A DNA stretch of 64,000 nucleotides from NCBI RefSeq assembly GCF_009914755.1, contig NC_060927.1; one strand, 5' to 3'. The notes below the pieces were generated by a model. The model searched no databases and was not told where the DNA came from. It was given only the letters and a program-made list of their open reading frames with translations. Positions 13,021-25,487 of this stretch are shown piece by piece (within the stretch, counting starts at the first letter, position 1; each line of letters begins with the position of its first letter). The stretch comes from the human T2T-CHM13v2.0 reference genome, Homo sapiens. The position numbers and the translations under genes are program-made.

Positions 13021-13520
13021 TTGACAATTTTAAAATATGAGTGCAATTCCTTTAACACTTCTCCCATGAGAAGTGGGGCCTATGTCCCCTCCCTTGAATC
13101 TGGACTGGTCTTAGTGACCAGTAACCAAGAAAATGCAGTGGAAGTGATGCTGCATAATTCTAAGGCTAAGTGAGAAAAGTCCATGCAGCTTCTTTGTTTT
13201 CTTGGCATGCTCGCATAGGGGGATGGCCAAGCGCCATATAACACATCTGATTACCCTGAGACCAACACGCTGGAAATGCCGTGGTAGTCACATCCGCTGC
13301 AACCATGTGGGTAAGCCATCCTCATATAAGGATCCCCTGCCTAGTCAAGCTTCCAAATGACTGCAGCCCTGGATGACACCTGACCCCATGAGTGATCCCA
13401 AATGAGAGCAGGTTAGCTAAGCCCTTTCCTAATTCCTGACCGTCTAAATGGTGAGCAAAATAAAATGTTTATTTTAAGCTACTCAATTTGGGTAATTTTT
13501 ACATAGCAGCAATCAATAAT
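13021..13520 (+). mobile_element. MaLR solo LTR (MLT1G-like)
   Basis: gaagtggggcctatgtcccctcccttgaatctgg, gcagtggaagtgatgctg, gtgagcaaaataaaatg..ttttaagctact. Confidence 0.8.
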
Positions 13521-14829
13521 AATAATCATAAAAGAGATAGATAATGTTTTAGCCTTTTAATGTCTCTAAAATCTAAGATCACAACCAACCTTTATTCCTT
13601 AAAAAGTAGCATCTTTCCAACCTACTCTGATACTTCCAGGTTCTCAATATTACGTTGATAGTCAAATCTAGATTTTAGACTAAGCTAATAAAAATTGGCC
13701 TGAGACGCCAATAACTTCAAGAACAATTGTTGGTCTCATTTACCATCACATACAATGGATCATTCATGAAAGCTGAACAAATGCTACCATAGCAGAAAAT
13801 CGGCACAGAGGAAGCCGTTGTTCAGGACATGCTGAAGGGTCTGAGACCATTGTCTACATAGAAACACTTTCCTTGAGCACAAACATTACACTCATGTCTT
13901 TTCTTATCCCTAAACATTTTTCTTTCTCTGTATTATTCAAGCGCAAGATAAAGTTTTGTTTTTTTATATTGTCACCAAAGCACAGCCATTTCTAAGGCTA
14001 GTAACACAGGACACATCTAAAGATGGCAGAGTTCATGATAAAACTTAGTGAATGGTCCACAATTCATCCACATAACTGATTGTTGCAGGACAGTTAAAGC
14101 CCCAAACCTAAATTTATTCTACATAAAAATGGGATGATTCAATAGATTCACTGAGCTTCAGTTCTCACTTGATTTGCCAATGAAGCCAAGAACTTCCTGA
14201 GATGGGTGAGCGTTTTCAAATGATAAATGACAGAGCACCTTGACCACATCCATTTAGATAACCTCCATGTGGCGTTAGGATGAACTCAAGCAAAACAGAC
14301 TGACTGAATTTTGCAGTTCTGGGTCCAGTTCACTCATGACACTTGTCTCATCATAATGACAAATTCTCAAGCAGATAAGCAGGGGAGCCATACCTGTACC
14401 TCATCTAAGGAGTGATTTTAAAACTCTTTCCTGAGTTGTAATATTCTATATGAATAATGTGATGTTCTGCTGCAAAGAAAATTCAAATTTCTTCCTTACA
14501 GACATTTTAATGATTTTCAATCACCTAACCTCGTTCTAGATCACTTTCTCTATATATCAGGTGAAATTCAAGTTATTGCTTATAAGCAATTATTCAAAAT
14601 TATTCAAAAGAAGAAATTTAATCAAAATTATAAATTAGTTTTAGTAATTGGAGGCATTTAAATAAAGAGCCCTGTATGATATCAACTGCATGCCCCATAC
14701 CCTCCAAATGGTTGATATAAGATGGGCATTCACTGTGTTTTTTTGACCAGCATCCACTCCCTCTTATTCTGGAAACTGAACCCTTATTTTCCTTGAGGAA
14801 ACTTACCTTTTCCTCACCCTCGAGCCCTA

Positions 14830-15120
14830 CATTTTGTGAGGGCTTTAGGCAAGGAAGATATAAGATCATTTTTGTATTTTTATAAAGTAAGTTGATCTAC
14901 ATTGTGGAGAATGAGCTTTAGGGGCCCCAAGATGGAATCAGGAATATCAGTTGAGGAGATTGTTGTAGAAATCCCAGCATGTGACAATTATGTCCTGAAC
15001 CAAAGTTGTAGTAATGAAGATGAGGAGAAGAAATAGGACGAAGGTTAAAGTTATTGCAGATTGACTGGAGAGATAAGTAAAGGGAAGGACAAGGGAGACA
15101 TAGGTTGCTTATTTGCAAAT
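14830..15120 (-). mobile_element. L2 fragment
   Basis: ggctttaggcaaggaagatataagatc, ttgtggagaatgag, gttgaggagattgttgtagaaatccc. Confidence 0.6.
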
Positions 15121-15204
15121 CTTGTGTTCTGTCGCAAACATCTAGGGGATAGAACCCATTTCTGGTTCATTCTAGTATCTCTCACTTAAGGATGCCTTGG
15201 TTGA

Positions 15205-15460
15205 ATCCAACCTAGTGTGATGGTTAAGAGCTCAGATTCCAAAGCCAAACAGCCTGAGTTTGAGTCCTGGCTCTGACACTTACTAGCTGTATGACTTAAG
15301 CAATTTATCTGGTTCATTTGTGCCTCAGTTTCCTAATTGGCAAGATGAAGGAAATGATTAGACCTACTTCATTGGGTTGTTGTGAACATTAAATGAGCTA
15401 TTCCATGCATAATACCCAGAATAGTTCTGGAGAATAGCAAGAGCTATATAAGTGGTTGAT
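15205..15460 (+). mobile_element. MIR, near full length
   Basis: gtgatggttaagagctcag..gagtttgagtcctggctctgacacttactagctgtatgact..gtgcctcagtttcct..ggttgttgtgaacattaaatgag. Confidence 0.85.
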
Positions 15461-15749
15461 GGTATAGTCTCAATAAATATTATAACATTCAACTAACACT
15501 CCCCCAGAAAACATATATTCCAGGGGAAAATAAAAGGATCTTTTGACATAACTTATCTGGGTTATTTGCTTCTTGGTGCTGAAATGGAGAAAAGTTACAA
15601 GCTACTTTCTGTTAAAAAATATTACAACAATATTTTAAAAAGAACCCCCCCACCCCGCAAAAAAACCCTGACAGAATAAAAAATAACTGTTAACAGGCCA
15701 GAATCAAATTGGGAAAAGCAGGATGCCAGAAGGCAAAATCTGAAGCACA

Positions 15750-16170
15750 TGCTATTTAATATCCTTATTAATGGTCTGAAGCACAAAATAAATTGTACAT
15801 TATTCTTATTTGCAAAAAATCATAAACAGTGAAAAATAGATCAACAGTACAGAATAATCCAGAGACCTTGGAGAGGCACACCAGTTTAAATGTGATGAGT
15901 TCAATTTACAAGAACATAAAACAATACACTTTGGGAAAAATACTACGAGGCACAGACATAAACTGAGAATTCTTCTAAAAAGCAAAAAGGCTTAAGAGGA
16001 TTTGGGGTGATAGTCTACAACAAATTCATGAGAGCTTCCAATGTGCTGCTAGTAGAAAAAGAAGGCAGGGAGGTAAATATTCTAGAAGAGGAGCAATACG
16101 AAATTACTGGTACTGAGAGAGCTGAATACTACATGTAGTAATGGCAGTTATTCCAAGTCACCTTATGATT
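15750..16170 (+). mobile_element. CR1/L3 LINE ORF2 (RT C-terminal part) fossil
   Basis: Translates with stops/frameshifts to LFNILINGLKHKINCTLFLFAKNHK, IQR, KTIHFGKN, EDLG, matching CR1 LFNIFINDL..KFADDTKL, IQRDL, KVLHLG.KN, KDLGV. Confidence 0.75.
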
Positions 16171-16199
16171 TTCCCATTTCTGCTTTAGAGAAGTACCTA

Positions 16200-16797
16200 A
16201 TGAAAGCAGTGTGGCCATTCTTCAAAGAGGTAAAAACAGAAATACCATTCGAACCAGCAATCCCATTACTGGGTATATAACCAAAGGAATATAAGCCATT
16301 CTACCATAAAGACATATGCACATGTTATGTTAATTGCAGCACTATTCACTATAGTAAAGATATGGAATAAACCTAAATGCCCATCAATGGTAGACTGGAT
16401 AAAGAAAATGTGGTACACATATACCATGGAATACTATGCAGCCATAAAAAGAATGAGATCGTGTCCTTTGCAGGAACATGGATGGAGCCAGAGGCCATCA
16501 TCCTTAGCAAACTAACGCAGGAACAGAAAACCAAATACCACATGTTCTCACTTACAAGTGGGAGCTAAATGATGAGGCCGCATGGACACAAAAAGGGGAA
16601 CAACAGACACGGAGGTCTACTTGAGAGTGGAGAGTGGGTGGAGGGAGAGGATCAGAAAAAATAACTATCGGGTACTAAGTTTAGTACTCAGGTGACAAAA
16701 TAATCTGTATAACAAACCCTCATGACACTGGTTTACCTATATAACAAACCTGCACATGTACCTCTGATCCTAAAATAAAAGTTAAAAAAAGAAATAA
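16200..16797 (+). mobile_element. 5'-truncated L1PA (L1PA15/16-like) 3' end
   Basis: ORF2 C-terminal remnant (IAALFTIVKIWNKPKCPSMVDWIKKMWY), 3' UTR, A-rich tail; TSD aagtaccta on both sides. Confidence 0.92.
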
Positions 16798-17094
16798 AAG
16801 TACCTAGCAATATTTCCCTCTCTATGAAAATGTACATCTTCATCTCTATACTTCTGAAATAGCAAGGAAACATAAAAAATAAGCCTGGGAAAACATAAAC
16901 TGGGTTTTTTTTTTGTTTTTTGTTTTTTGTTTTTTCACAGCAGAAATAGGCTCCCAAGTGAGGAATTCCTTTAAGGAATTTGGATGAACAATAACACATT
17001 GTTGGAAGCTAGTTAGCTTCCCAAAAGATGAGTTATTATAGACATCAGGTTTTGCCATAGTTATCTGTAAAGGAACATCAAGGATAAACACATT

Positions 17095-17560
17095 GCATTC
17101 ATTAAATTACTCATTAAGAAAAAATTTATTGAGCAAAATGTAAATAATAAAGGCAGGTGGTGTGTAATGTCTAGAGACACAAAAATGAGTGAGATATAAT
17201 TCTCCTGCATGAAACAGGCCCTTCAGTAGATCATTATAACCTGGTATGGAAAATACAGCGATGGACAAACACACAGCAGGAACCCAGAAAGTGTAAGCTC
17301 TAAGCCCAAGCGGCGGGGAGAGCAGTGCAGAGCAGAGATGGGAGATGCTCTAAGCAGTTTTAGAGGCTGGAGGTTCAGGCTGAGAAAGGTGAGAAGTGAC
17401 ACCAAAATTTAAAAAAAAAAAAAAATCACTGGGTCCTTAAAGAGTCACTGACAAGTGTTAAGTCAGGAAGGGTGAGAGTCAATTTGAGGTTTTATAAGGA
17501 TCACTCTGGCAGCCAGTTTGGAGGCTGAATTTGAAAGAACAAGTTTGGAAAGAAATGGCA
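17095..17560 (-). mobile_element. L2 fragment
   Basis: cattcatt..aatttattgagc; tttgaggttttataaggatcactctggcagc. Confidence 0.55.
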
Positions 17561-17584
17561 CCTAAGAGTCCAGGTGAGCAATGC

Positions 17585-18058
17585 TGTAAGTGACATCTGG
17601 CTTTTTTGCCTGGGCTGCATCCACAGGCGGCCTCATTTCTACGGAAAGAGCACTCTGCATTGGCCTTGGGGAAGACCCTTTCTGCAGGGTCTACACTGCA
17701 CTGGCTGCATCCTTGGTTTAGAAAGAAATAGGCAGGAGACCCAAGCTAGGCTAATTATAATCGTATCATCCTTTCTCTCTCCCTGGAACTTAAATCATGT
17801 GCCCAAAAACTAACAGACGGAAAGCAATGAAGCTACTTTACCACTATGGCAGTGTCCTTAGGAGACCTCACTATTGTCTGTCACCAACATTCCCTGAACC
17901 CCCTTCTTGTCCTTCTATAACCCTTCTTGCCCTTCCTGAGGCCTCAGCTTTTTCCTTGGATTCTGAGACCCTCTCCTGCCCCCTCACTTTTTTTTTTTTT
18001 TTTGCTTAAGTTAGCCAAATCCCATTCTGTTACTTGCAACTACAGAAGTCAAACTAAT
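17585..18058 (+). mobile_element. Old MaLR LTR (MLT1K-like)
   Basis: 3' end ttgcttaagttagcc..ttctgttacttgcaact..aactaata. Confidence 0.55.
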
Positions 18059-18266
18059 AAAGGACTGAGTAATCCTTAGGAGATTTAATAAGTTTCTATA
18101 CACAAAATAACTACATACTTATTAAAAATATATAAAATAAAATTGTTTCTATATGTTGAACTATTTTTAGGTAAGTATGGCTAGGAATACAATCATATTC
18201 ACACATACAAGTTTTTCTAAGGCAGTATGTACCAAATTACAAATATTTAAAAGTCCTGAAACTGGC

Positions 18267-18292
18267 AAAAAAAAAAAAAAAAAAAAAAAAAA
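18267..18292. repeat. Poly(A)26 tract
   Basis: Uninterrupted A run. Confidence 0.95.
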
Positions 18293-18311
18293 GAGCAAGC
18301 ATTTATAACTA

Positions 18312-18737
18312 CAGTTGACCCTTGAACAACATGGGGGTTAGGAGCGCAGACTCCTGCACAGTCAAACATCCACTTATAACTTTTGATTCCTCCAAAACTT
18401 AACTACTAATGTCCTACTGTTGACCAGAAGCCTTACCAGTAACATAAAGCATGAATACACATTATATATGTTATATAATGTATTCTTACAATAAAATAAA
18501 CTAGAAAAAAGAAAATGTTATTAAGAAAATCTTACAGAAGAGAAAACCTACTTACTATTCATTAAGTCAAAGTGGATCATCATAAAGGTCTTCATCTCAT
18601 TGTCTTCACATTGAGGCTGGAGAGGAGGATGGAGGGGAGGGGCTGGTCTTGCTATCTCAGGGGTAACAGAGGTAGAAGAAAATTCATGTATAAGTGGACC
18701 CGTGCAGTTCAAACCCGTGTTGTCTGAGGGTCAACTG
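18312..18737. mobile_element. Tigger2a (MER28) TcMar non-autonomous DNA transposon, complete
   Basis: TIRs cagttgacccttgaacaacatgg / ccgtgttgtctgagggtcaactg; TA target duplication on both sides; 426 bp. Confidence 0.92.
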
Positions 18738-19339
18738 TACTTCAAATCAATCTTTTTTAAGTTTAACTGTAAAATTTATGTTTTTAAGACACAAGTAATT
18801 TTACTTTCCAAAATAATGGGTTTCCCCAATTAGTATTAGAAGATGTTTAAAGCTCTACTCCAAATCCCTTAAAAACTTATTGAAGAGGCACTAAAATAAA
18901 GTCATGACATCAAGAGAACTATTGAACAGTAGGCTCCCCAGGCATTTCCCCTCAGGGAAAATGGGTAGAGTACTTAAAATAATTTTTTCCATTAGGTATA
19001 GCAATGAATCAATTTAAAATTATTGAGTGGCCGACATTGTAACACAGAGGAATAATGTTCTGGAAGTCTCATTTAAATTACTGACATCAGATATTTGAAA
19101 ATGAATGACTATGGAATCTGCCCATAGGTAAGACACCATGTCTGCAATTATTCTTTCAATTTCAACTAGGGAGATATGCTTTTAAAAGCTTAAAATGAAA
19201 GGGGTTTTTTTTTAATTACATTTCCCATTGTATGTATAATTGTACAATCATGGACACAGACAGGGCCCTTCTCTTTCTCTAATAATTGGAGATTTTACAG
19301 TGAAGGCCACCCTGACCCAGGAGTTAAATACCAGCTAGA

Positions 19340-19620
19340 TACAGAAGGTCAGGTCACACTCCTGCTCAACAATCTTTAAGGGTTTTCCATTTCTGTCAGG
19401 ACAGGTACACACTGATATGTAGCTTTCAAGGACATCTGTCATCCTTTCCAATTTCAACCTGAGGCACTGACAAAAATATGCTCAATTTCTTGCCCTTAGA
19501 TCCCTTCCTGATGTATTCTTTCCCCACTGCCACCATTTCTGTCTGTCTGTCCAAATCCAGCCAGTGCTTAAAGATCACCTCCACTTTTATCTCCTCTGTG
19601 AAGATCACTGCAGCCACGCA
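19340..19620 (+). mobile_element. L2 fragment
   Basis: gtcacactcctgctcaacaatcttt; tccaaatccagccagtgcttaaagatcacctc..ctcctctgtgaag. Confidence 0.5.
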
Positions 19621-19914
19621 GACCACTCTGGTTTATTCCTCTTCCAATTTCCTTCTAAACTTACATCCTTACCAGTCACTGGCAATCATCAAACATCATC
19701 TAGTATCATGACTTTTCTTGTTATCATGTTCATTACTATTTCCATGGCTAGGACATTCATTCATCCATCAAATATTCCCTGAATTCCTGCTAAATGCAGA
19801 CATGGTCCTCCGAACAGAGAATCCAACTACAAGCAAAGTAGACATAGATATAGTCTAGTTGAGAGACTGTTTTTTTAATTATTATTCAAATAATCATTCA
19901 GTTGAGAATGAAAT

Positions 19915-20735
<821 letters not shown>

Positions 20736-20859
20736 ACCTAACAACCAAGTAGGGGCAATAAGGGGAAGAAATGTGATCTCATGAGAGTAAGTACAAAGGG
20801 ACTTACATAACAAAGGACACAGACTGGTGTACAATGGAGAGAAGTGGTCACCTATGCCA

Positions 20860-21070
20860 GATATTTAGGAGGTTAAGCTTCCAGGCCTTAACAGTGAAGT
20901 GGATAGCACGGTGAGAAGGATGGCAGCATCGGAAATGACTTCCATTTTTCTGGCTTGCATCTGCCTTGAATCAGTCAACTAATTGTTAGGACGATTTTCT
21001 GAGCTAGGAAACTTTGGAAAGAGACTAAGAGGGGAAGGAAATTAAATCACAATCCCAGTTTTGTGCATGC

Positions 21071-21126
<56 letters not shown>

Positions 21127-21400
21127 AATCCTTTGAGACATTCAAGAAGCAATGTCAATGAGGCAGTTGGGTGTATAGTTCTGGAGCTAGAGGAGCTATC
21201 TGGGCTGAAAGTGCAAATTTGTGAAACATCTGTTTATTGAAGCCATGGGAATGGATGAGATTTTCCAGATGGAGAAAGTAAAGACTCAGAAAAGGAGATG
21301 GCTCTGGACTGAATCTCGAGAAACTCCAGTATTTAATGACAAGAGAAAAAAAAATAGCTGAAAAGAGGGTGGAGACAGAGTTGCCAGAAGATAGTAGATT
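20860..21400 (-). mobile_element. L2 fragment
   Basis: aatgacttccatttttctggcttg; gagacattcaag..aatgtcaatgaggcagttgggtgtatagttctggagct..tgggctgaaagtgcaaatttg. Confidence 0.75.
21074..21124. repeat. (TG)25 microsatellite
   Basis: Perfect dinucleotide run. Confidence 0.95.
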
Positions 21401-23370
21401 GCAAACTAACTGGGGCAAGAACTTTTGTATCCTCCATCTGCCCCTCCAACAATAGCTAGCACATGCCGTACTCATTGCAAGCACTCCTATCATATTTCTT
21501 AATTGGCTACAATTACTCCTTTCATTTAAACTCCTTTAACTAATAATCATCATAATTCATACCCTTAAAAATACCATTATTACCAAATTATAATATCTTT
21601 AATATACAATGTAGCACTTCATTTGACACATATGGATTACAGCCATGAGAACTGCACTTATTCACATACTTGTGTTTATTTCCCCAGCCACACAGTAAAC
21701 TCATCATTGGCAATGACCAGCTCTTATATTCTTTTTGTTCTCAAGGTCATAGCACAGTATTTTACCCACAGTAGCCCTTTAGCAGATGCTTCTCGAAGGT
21801 ACTTAAATTTATTCTGACATTTCCCGTATATTTATAATGTCCTTTATTCTAGGCAATAGAATAGACTTACTGTTCTTGTATTGAGTTTACAGCCAGGCCT
21901 ACCTTATGTTGCAATAAAAAGGCCTAAGATGAGGAACCAACTAGTCTATTTCTAATCCAAACCCATCACATTTCCAAGGTCAAAATTATCCAAAGGCATT
22001 TTTTCCTTAACTGTGCCTTTGCCATTTAATCTGCAGCTCATTATTTTTCTAATAGAATGGTTAATAATTTACCAAGTACAAAAATGAAGATTGTGCCTTC
22101 GAAGAAACATGCCCCCCTCCCTTTTTTAACCAGATAATTGCTAGTAACATTAGACTGCTGTCAATCAAGCAACACCATTCTAATTTTATGCTCTAAAATG
22201 CATTAGGATTCATTTATTCTCTGTCCCTTTAATAGCCAACATTTCAAATTAATTTTAGAAACTCAATAGATAATGACTGTAGGCTGTCCCATTTTTAAGA
22301 AGCTAGGTCTTAAACTCAACCTGTGGTCATCAGTGGACATCTGTCCACCTTGGGATCGCCAGTAGAGATGTGTCAAACCCATTGTCTTCTGTGCCTCTAG
22401 AATCATTTTAAGTAAAGGAGCAAATAAATGCCTGTCTGTATAGGTAACATAAAAATGTCACTGCATGCATTTTAAGGAAGAAATCCATCTTCAGGAAAAC
22501 AAAAGCATGGCATGGTCAATAATGAAGAAGAGAGTTGGTGAACACCGATATTTAAGTCTTACCATGAAAACAGCCAAACCAGAAATTTCAGAATACTTCT
22601 CTCCAAGACTATCGGAATTTCACAGTGCATCAATGACGTTTTCACTAGGAAAACACCCAGCTCACACTTTTACCATTTGTGAGGACCCAAAACGAAAGAG
22701 CTGGGTATGTTATAAGGTGCTTTGGTGCCAACCTGTATAATTTACCTGCTTTGTATCCTAAAGCTTTGTGTCTAACAGGTCATCAGTTAAGCTATCAATT
22801 AGTCAGTAAAACCCATATTGAGAACCTTCTGCAAGTGCATGTGGAGAGGAAGCAAGGCTGTACCAGCGAGCTTTCCAATCTGGCACCTTTCATTAAATTC
22901 TAAAGTCACTTGTCTTTGTCTCTGTATTAAAAGAAATAATTTCATGTCCAGTCCCACCTTTAAAAAGTGACAGAAATCAACCATTCAATATTCATTAGTT
23001 CTTCTTGGCAACCCCATTTAGCTAATGGAAAATCAGGTACATTCATGTGCAATTATTAGATATTGAAAAATTATAAAATGTCCAACTTCTCTTTTTACAG
23101 CACACACACTCCCAAGTTGTACTCTACAGTTATGAAATAAACACATGCAGCTGCAACATCTCAATAGACCTTCAGATAATTGGCAAGTTTTCAGTTTGCT
23201 GCATCTACTTGTAGCATGAAAAGCAGCCAGGGATTAGAACTTCTTCATCAATTTAACTCTGCTGTACTTTTTCCTGCAAAGCTATATGCCTAGTTCTCAC
23301 AATTGTACTCGAACTAGGTGAAAGCTTAGGAGGGTGGGCAGAGGTGGGGAACTCTGTATCACTTCTACAC

Positions 23371-23929
23371 TCTGATGGTTAATTTCAGGTGTCAACTTGA
23401 TGGGTTAGGGAATACCCTGATAGCTGATAAAGCATTATTTTAGGCCATGTCTGTGACGGTGTTTCCAGAAGAGACTGGCATTTAAATCAGTGGACTGAAT
23501 AAATAAGAACCACTTTCATCCAATGTGGGTGGGCACTATCCAGTGTTGAGGGGCTTGTATAGAACAAAAAAGCAAAGGAAAGGTGAACTGGAGTGCACTC
23601 CCTCTCTCTCTCTCACTAAGACACCCTTCTTCTCTTGCCCTTGTACCTCAGAACTCCAGATTCTTGGGTCTTTGGAGTCTGGGACTGACATCAGCGGCCC
23701 CCCAGATTCTCAGGCCTTTCAGCCTTGGACTCAGAATTACACCATCTGCTGAGCCACACTACTGGCTTCCCTGGCTTTCCAGTGTGCAGACAGCATATCG
23801 TGGGACTTCTCAGTCTTCATAATCATGTGAGCCAATTCCCCTAATAAATGCCCTCTCATTTATCTATCTACCAACCTACCTACCTTTATCCTATTAGTTC
23901 TGTTTCTCTGGAGAGTTCTAACTAATGCA
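23371..23929 (+). mobile_element. ERVL solo LTR (MLT2B-like)
   Basis: tgatggttaatttcaggtgtcaacttga...catgtgagccaattcccctaataaat...tcctattagttctgtttctctggagag..actaatgca. Confidence 0.9.
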
Positions 23930-24102
23930 CACATTTTCTTGACATAGCCACTAAAAGGCCAGTGACTGGGAGAGAGGTCCACATTGGTGGTTGATGTCAT
24001 TCACTCTGGAGTGTCTGGGGTCACCTATGTGATTTACAGCAATCTGCCTCATGTGTCTCAGACTCAGCTTCTTTGTCTGGAAGATAGAGATAATACTAAG
24101 GC

Positions 24103-24230
24103 CAGGGCCAGGGCTAGGGTGAGGCAAGTGGGGCACTTGCCTCAGTAGCAAAATATACGAGAGTGCCAAAAACTCAGTAGTCAAGATTAATAATATTGTC
24201 ATGCAATATTTCTTTTAAAGTCAAATTGGT
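24103..24230 (+). mobile_element. MER96B-like hAT DNA transposon, 5' part
   Basis: cagggccagggctagggtgaggcaagtg..gtgccaaaaactcagtagtcaagattaataatatt. Confidence 0.75.
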
Positions 24231-24273
24231 CATCTACAGCAATCTATTTTCATAAAGAAAGCTTCACTGGAGC

Positions 24274-24479
24274 CAGGGCCAGTTTTAGGGTGATGCAAAT
24301 GAAGTAGAGTCATGCAAGTACAAGGTTGGATCCTGTCTTTAGTTAAAATGTTGACATTTTGTTTAGCATTAATCGTTTTTGGATTAATTTTGAGTTTTTA
24401 AAGTGTTGTGTGAAAATATTATTTATCTCCATGACTGAGTCTTTTGGTGCTCACCTACCTCACTCTAGCCCTGACTCTG
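24274..24479 (-). mobile_element. MER96B-like hAT DNA transposon, short copy with both TIRs
   Basis: cagggccagttttagggtga...ggatcctgtctttagttaaaatgttgacattttg...cctcactctagccctgactctg. Confidence 0.75.
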
Positions 24480-24767
24480 ATGAGCACCTGGCATTACTGG
24501 AAAGATTCGATGAAACAGTGCATCCAGATCTTGGCCCCTTGGTGTCTCCTCACTCCATATCCTCTTGGACCCCCTCAGCTGAGTGCACAGTGCCCATGCA
24601 TGCTTCCAACCTCATATACCCAGCCTCTCTCTTTCTCTTCTTCAAAAATGCCAGGAATTTAATGCCTCCAGGGGGAACCCTCAACCACAGAGGACAGTAG
24701 TTGGTTAATCAATACCCTCATTCAACATATGAAGCTTTCTTCTAAAAGGCTGCTGACAAGCAGGGAA

Positions 24768-24875
24768 ATACCGGGACTAGGATGAGGCAAGCAAGATGCT
24801 TACCTCTGGGGCAAAATTCAAGGAGGTGCCAAAACCTAAGTCACAAAACATATAGTGTTTTAATGCAATATGTTC
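24768..24875 (+). mobile_element. MER96B-like fragment
   Basis: ccgggactaggatgaggcaagc..gggcaaaattcaaggaggtgccaaaa..ttttaatgcaata. Confidence 0.65.
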
Positions 24876-24908
24876 ATAAATAATGAGCCATCAAGCTTAA
24901 AAATAATG

Positions 24909-25487
24909 TGAAGATCCGCTTTGAACCCCAGAGTTGGTATACAGATTGTTTTAAGTTGAAGACATTTGAGATTCAACAGATGCAGAAAGAAGCCTTCTTG
25001 GGGCTTCCCTTATCTGACTAAAAGCACAGACTCCTGGGAAATGAGGCTGCCATAAATTCCCTCTTCAGGGCAGCTTTTACTCCCAGGAAGGAGACCAAGA
25101 GTAAACCTATGACAAATCCCTTCTTGAGGGAGTTTTATGACAATGAAGAAAATGAAAAGACCACTCAAACTTGCATAAACAAGTATACTACAAACTTTCT
25201 TCTCTCGCATTTATTTTTCTAGAAATCCATTTGTCTTTCCTAAAGACCTTCATCTGGTCCTCCCATAGAGGCCTTTTCTCCCTCCTCCCTTTTCCCTACT
25301 AAGTTAGATCTGTAAATCTCTAACCTTAACCATTAATCATTTATCCAGCTACTTCTTTTTTAAGATCATGTGTGCATATGAATAAACTCTTCTTTCTTCT
25401 GTTATTCTGTCTTTTGTCAGTTTAACTCACACGCCCACGGGTAATGAATCTCAGAAGGTAGAGGAAAAGTTTTTTCTGCCCCAATCA
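24909..25487 (+). mobile_element. ERV1 solo LTR, MER34-group
   Basis: ttttaagttgaagacatttgagattcaacagatgcagaaaga; AATAAA then ttctgtcttttgtcagtttaa; aggtagaggaaaagtttt. Confidence 0.75.

Noticed and set aside
18267-18292. A26 as the tail of a processed pseudogene
   Set aside because: No upstream mRNA-like sequence, nearby poly(A) signal or TSD found.
22355-22372. CTCF-like motif cgccagtagagatg
   Set aside because: Lacks the conserved GGC in the core; too weak to call.
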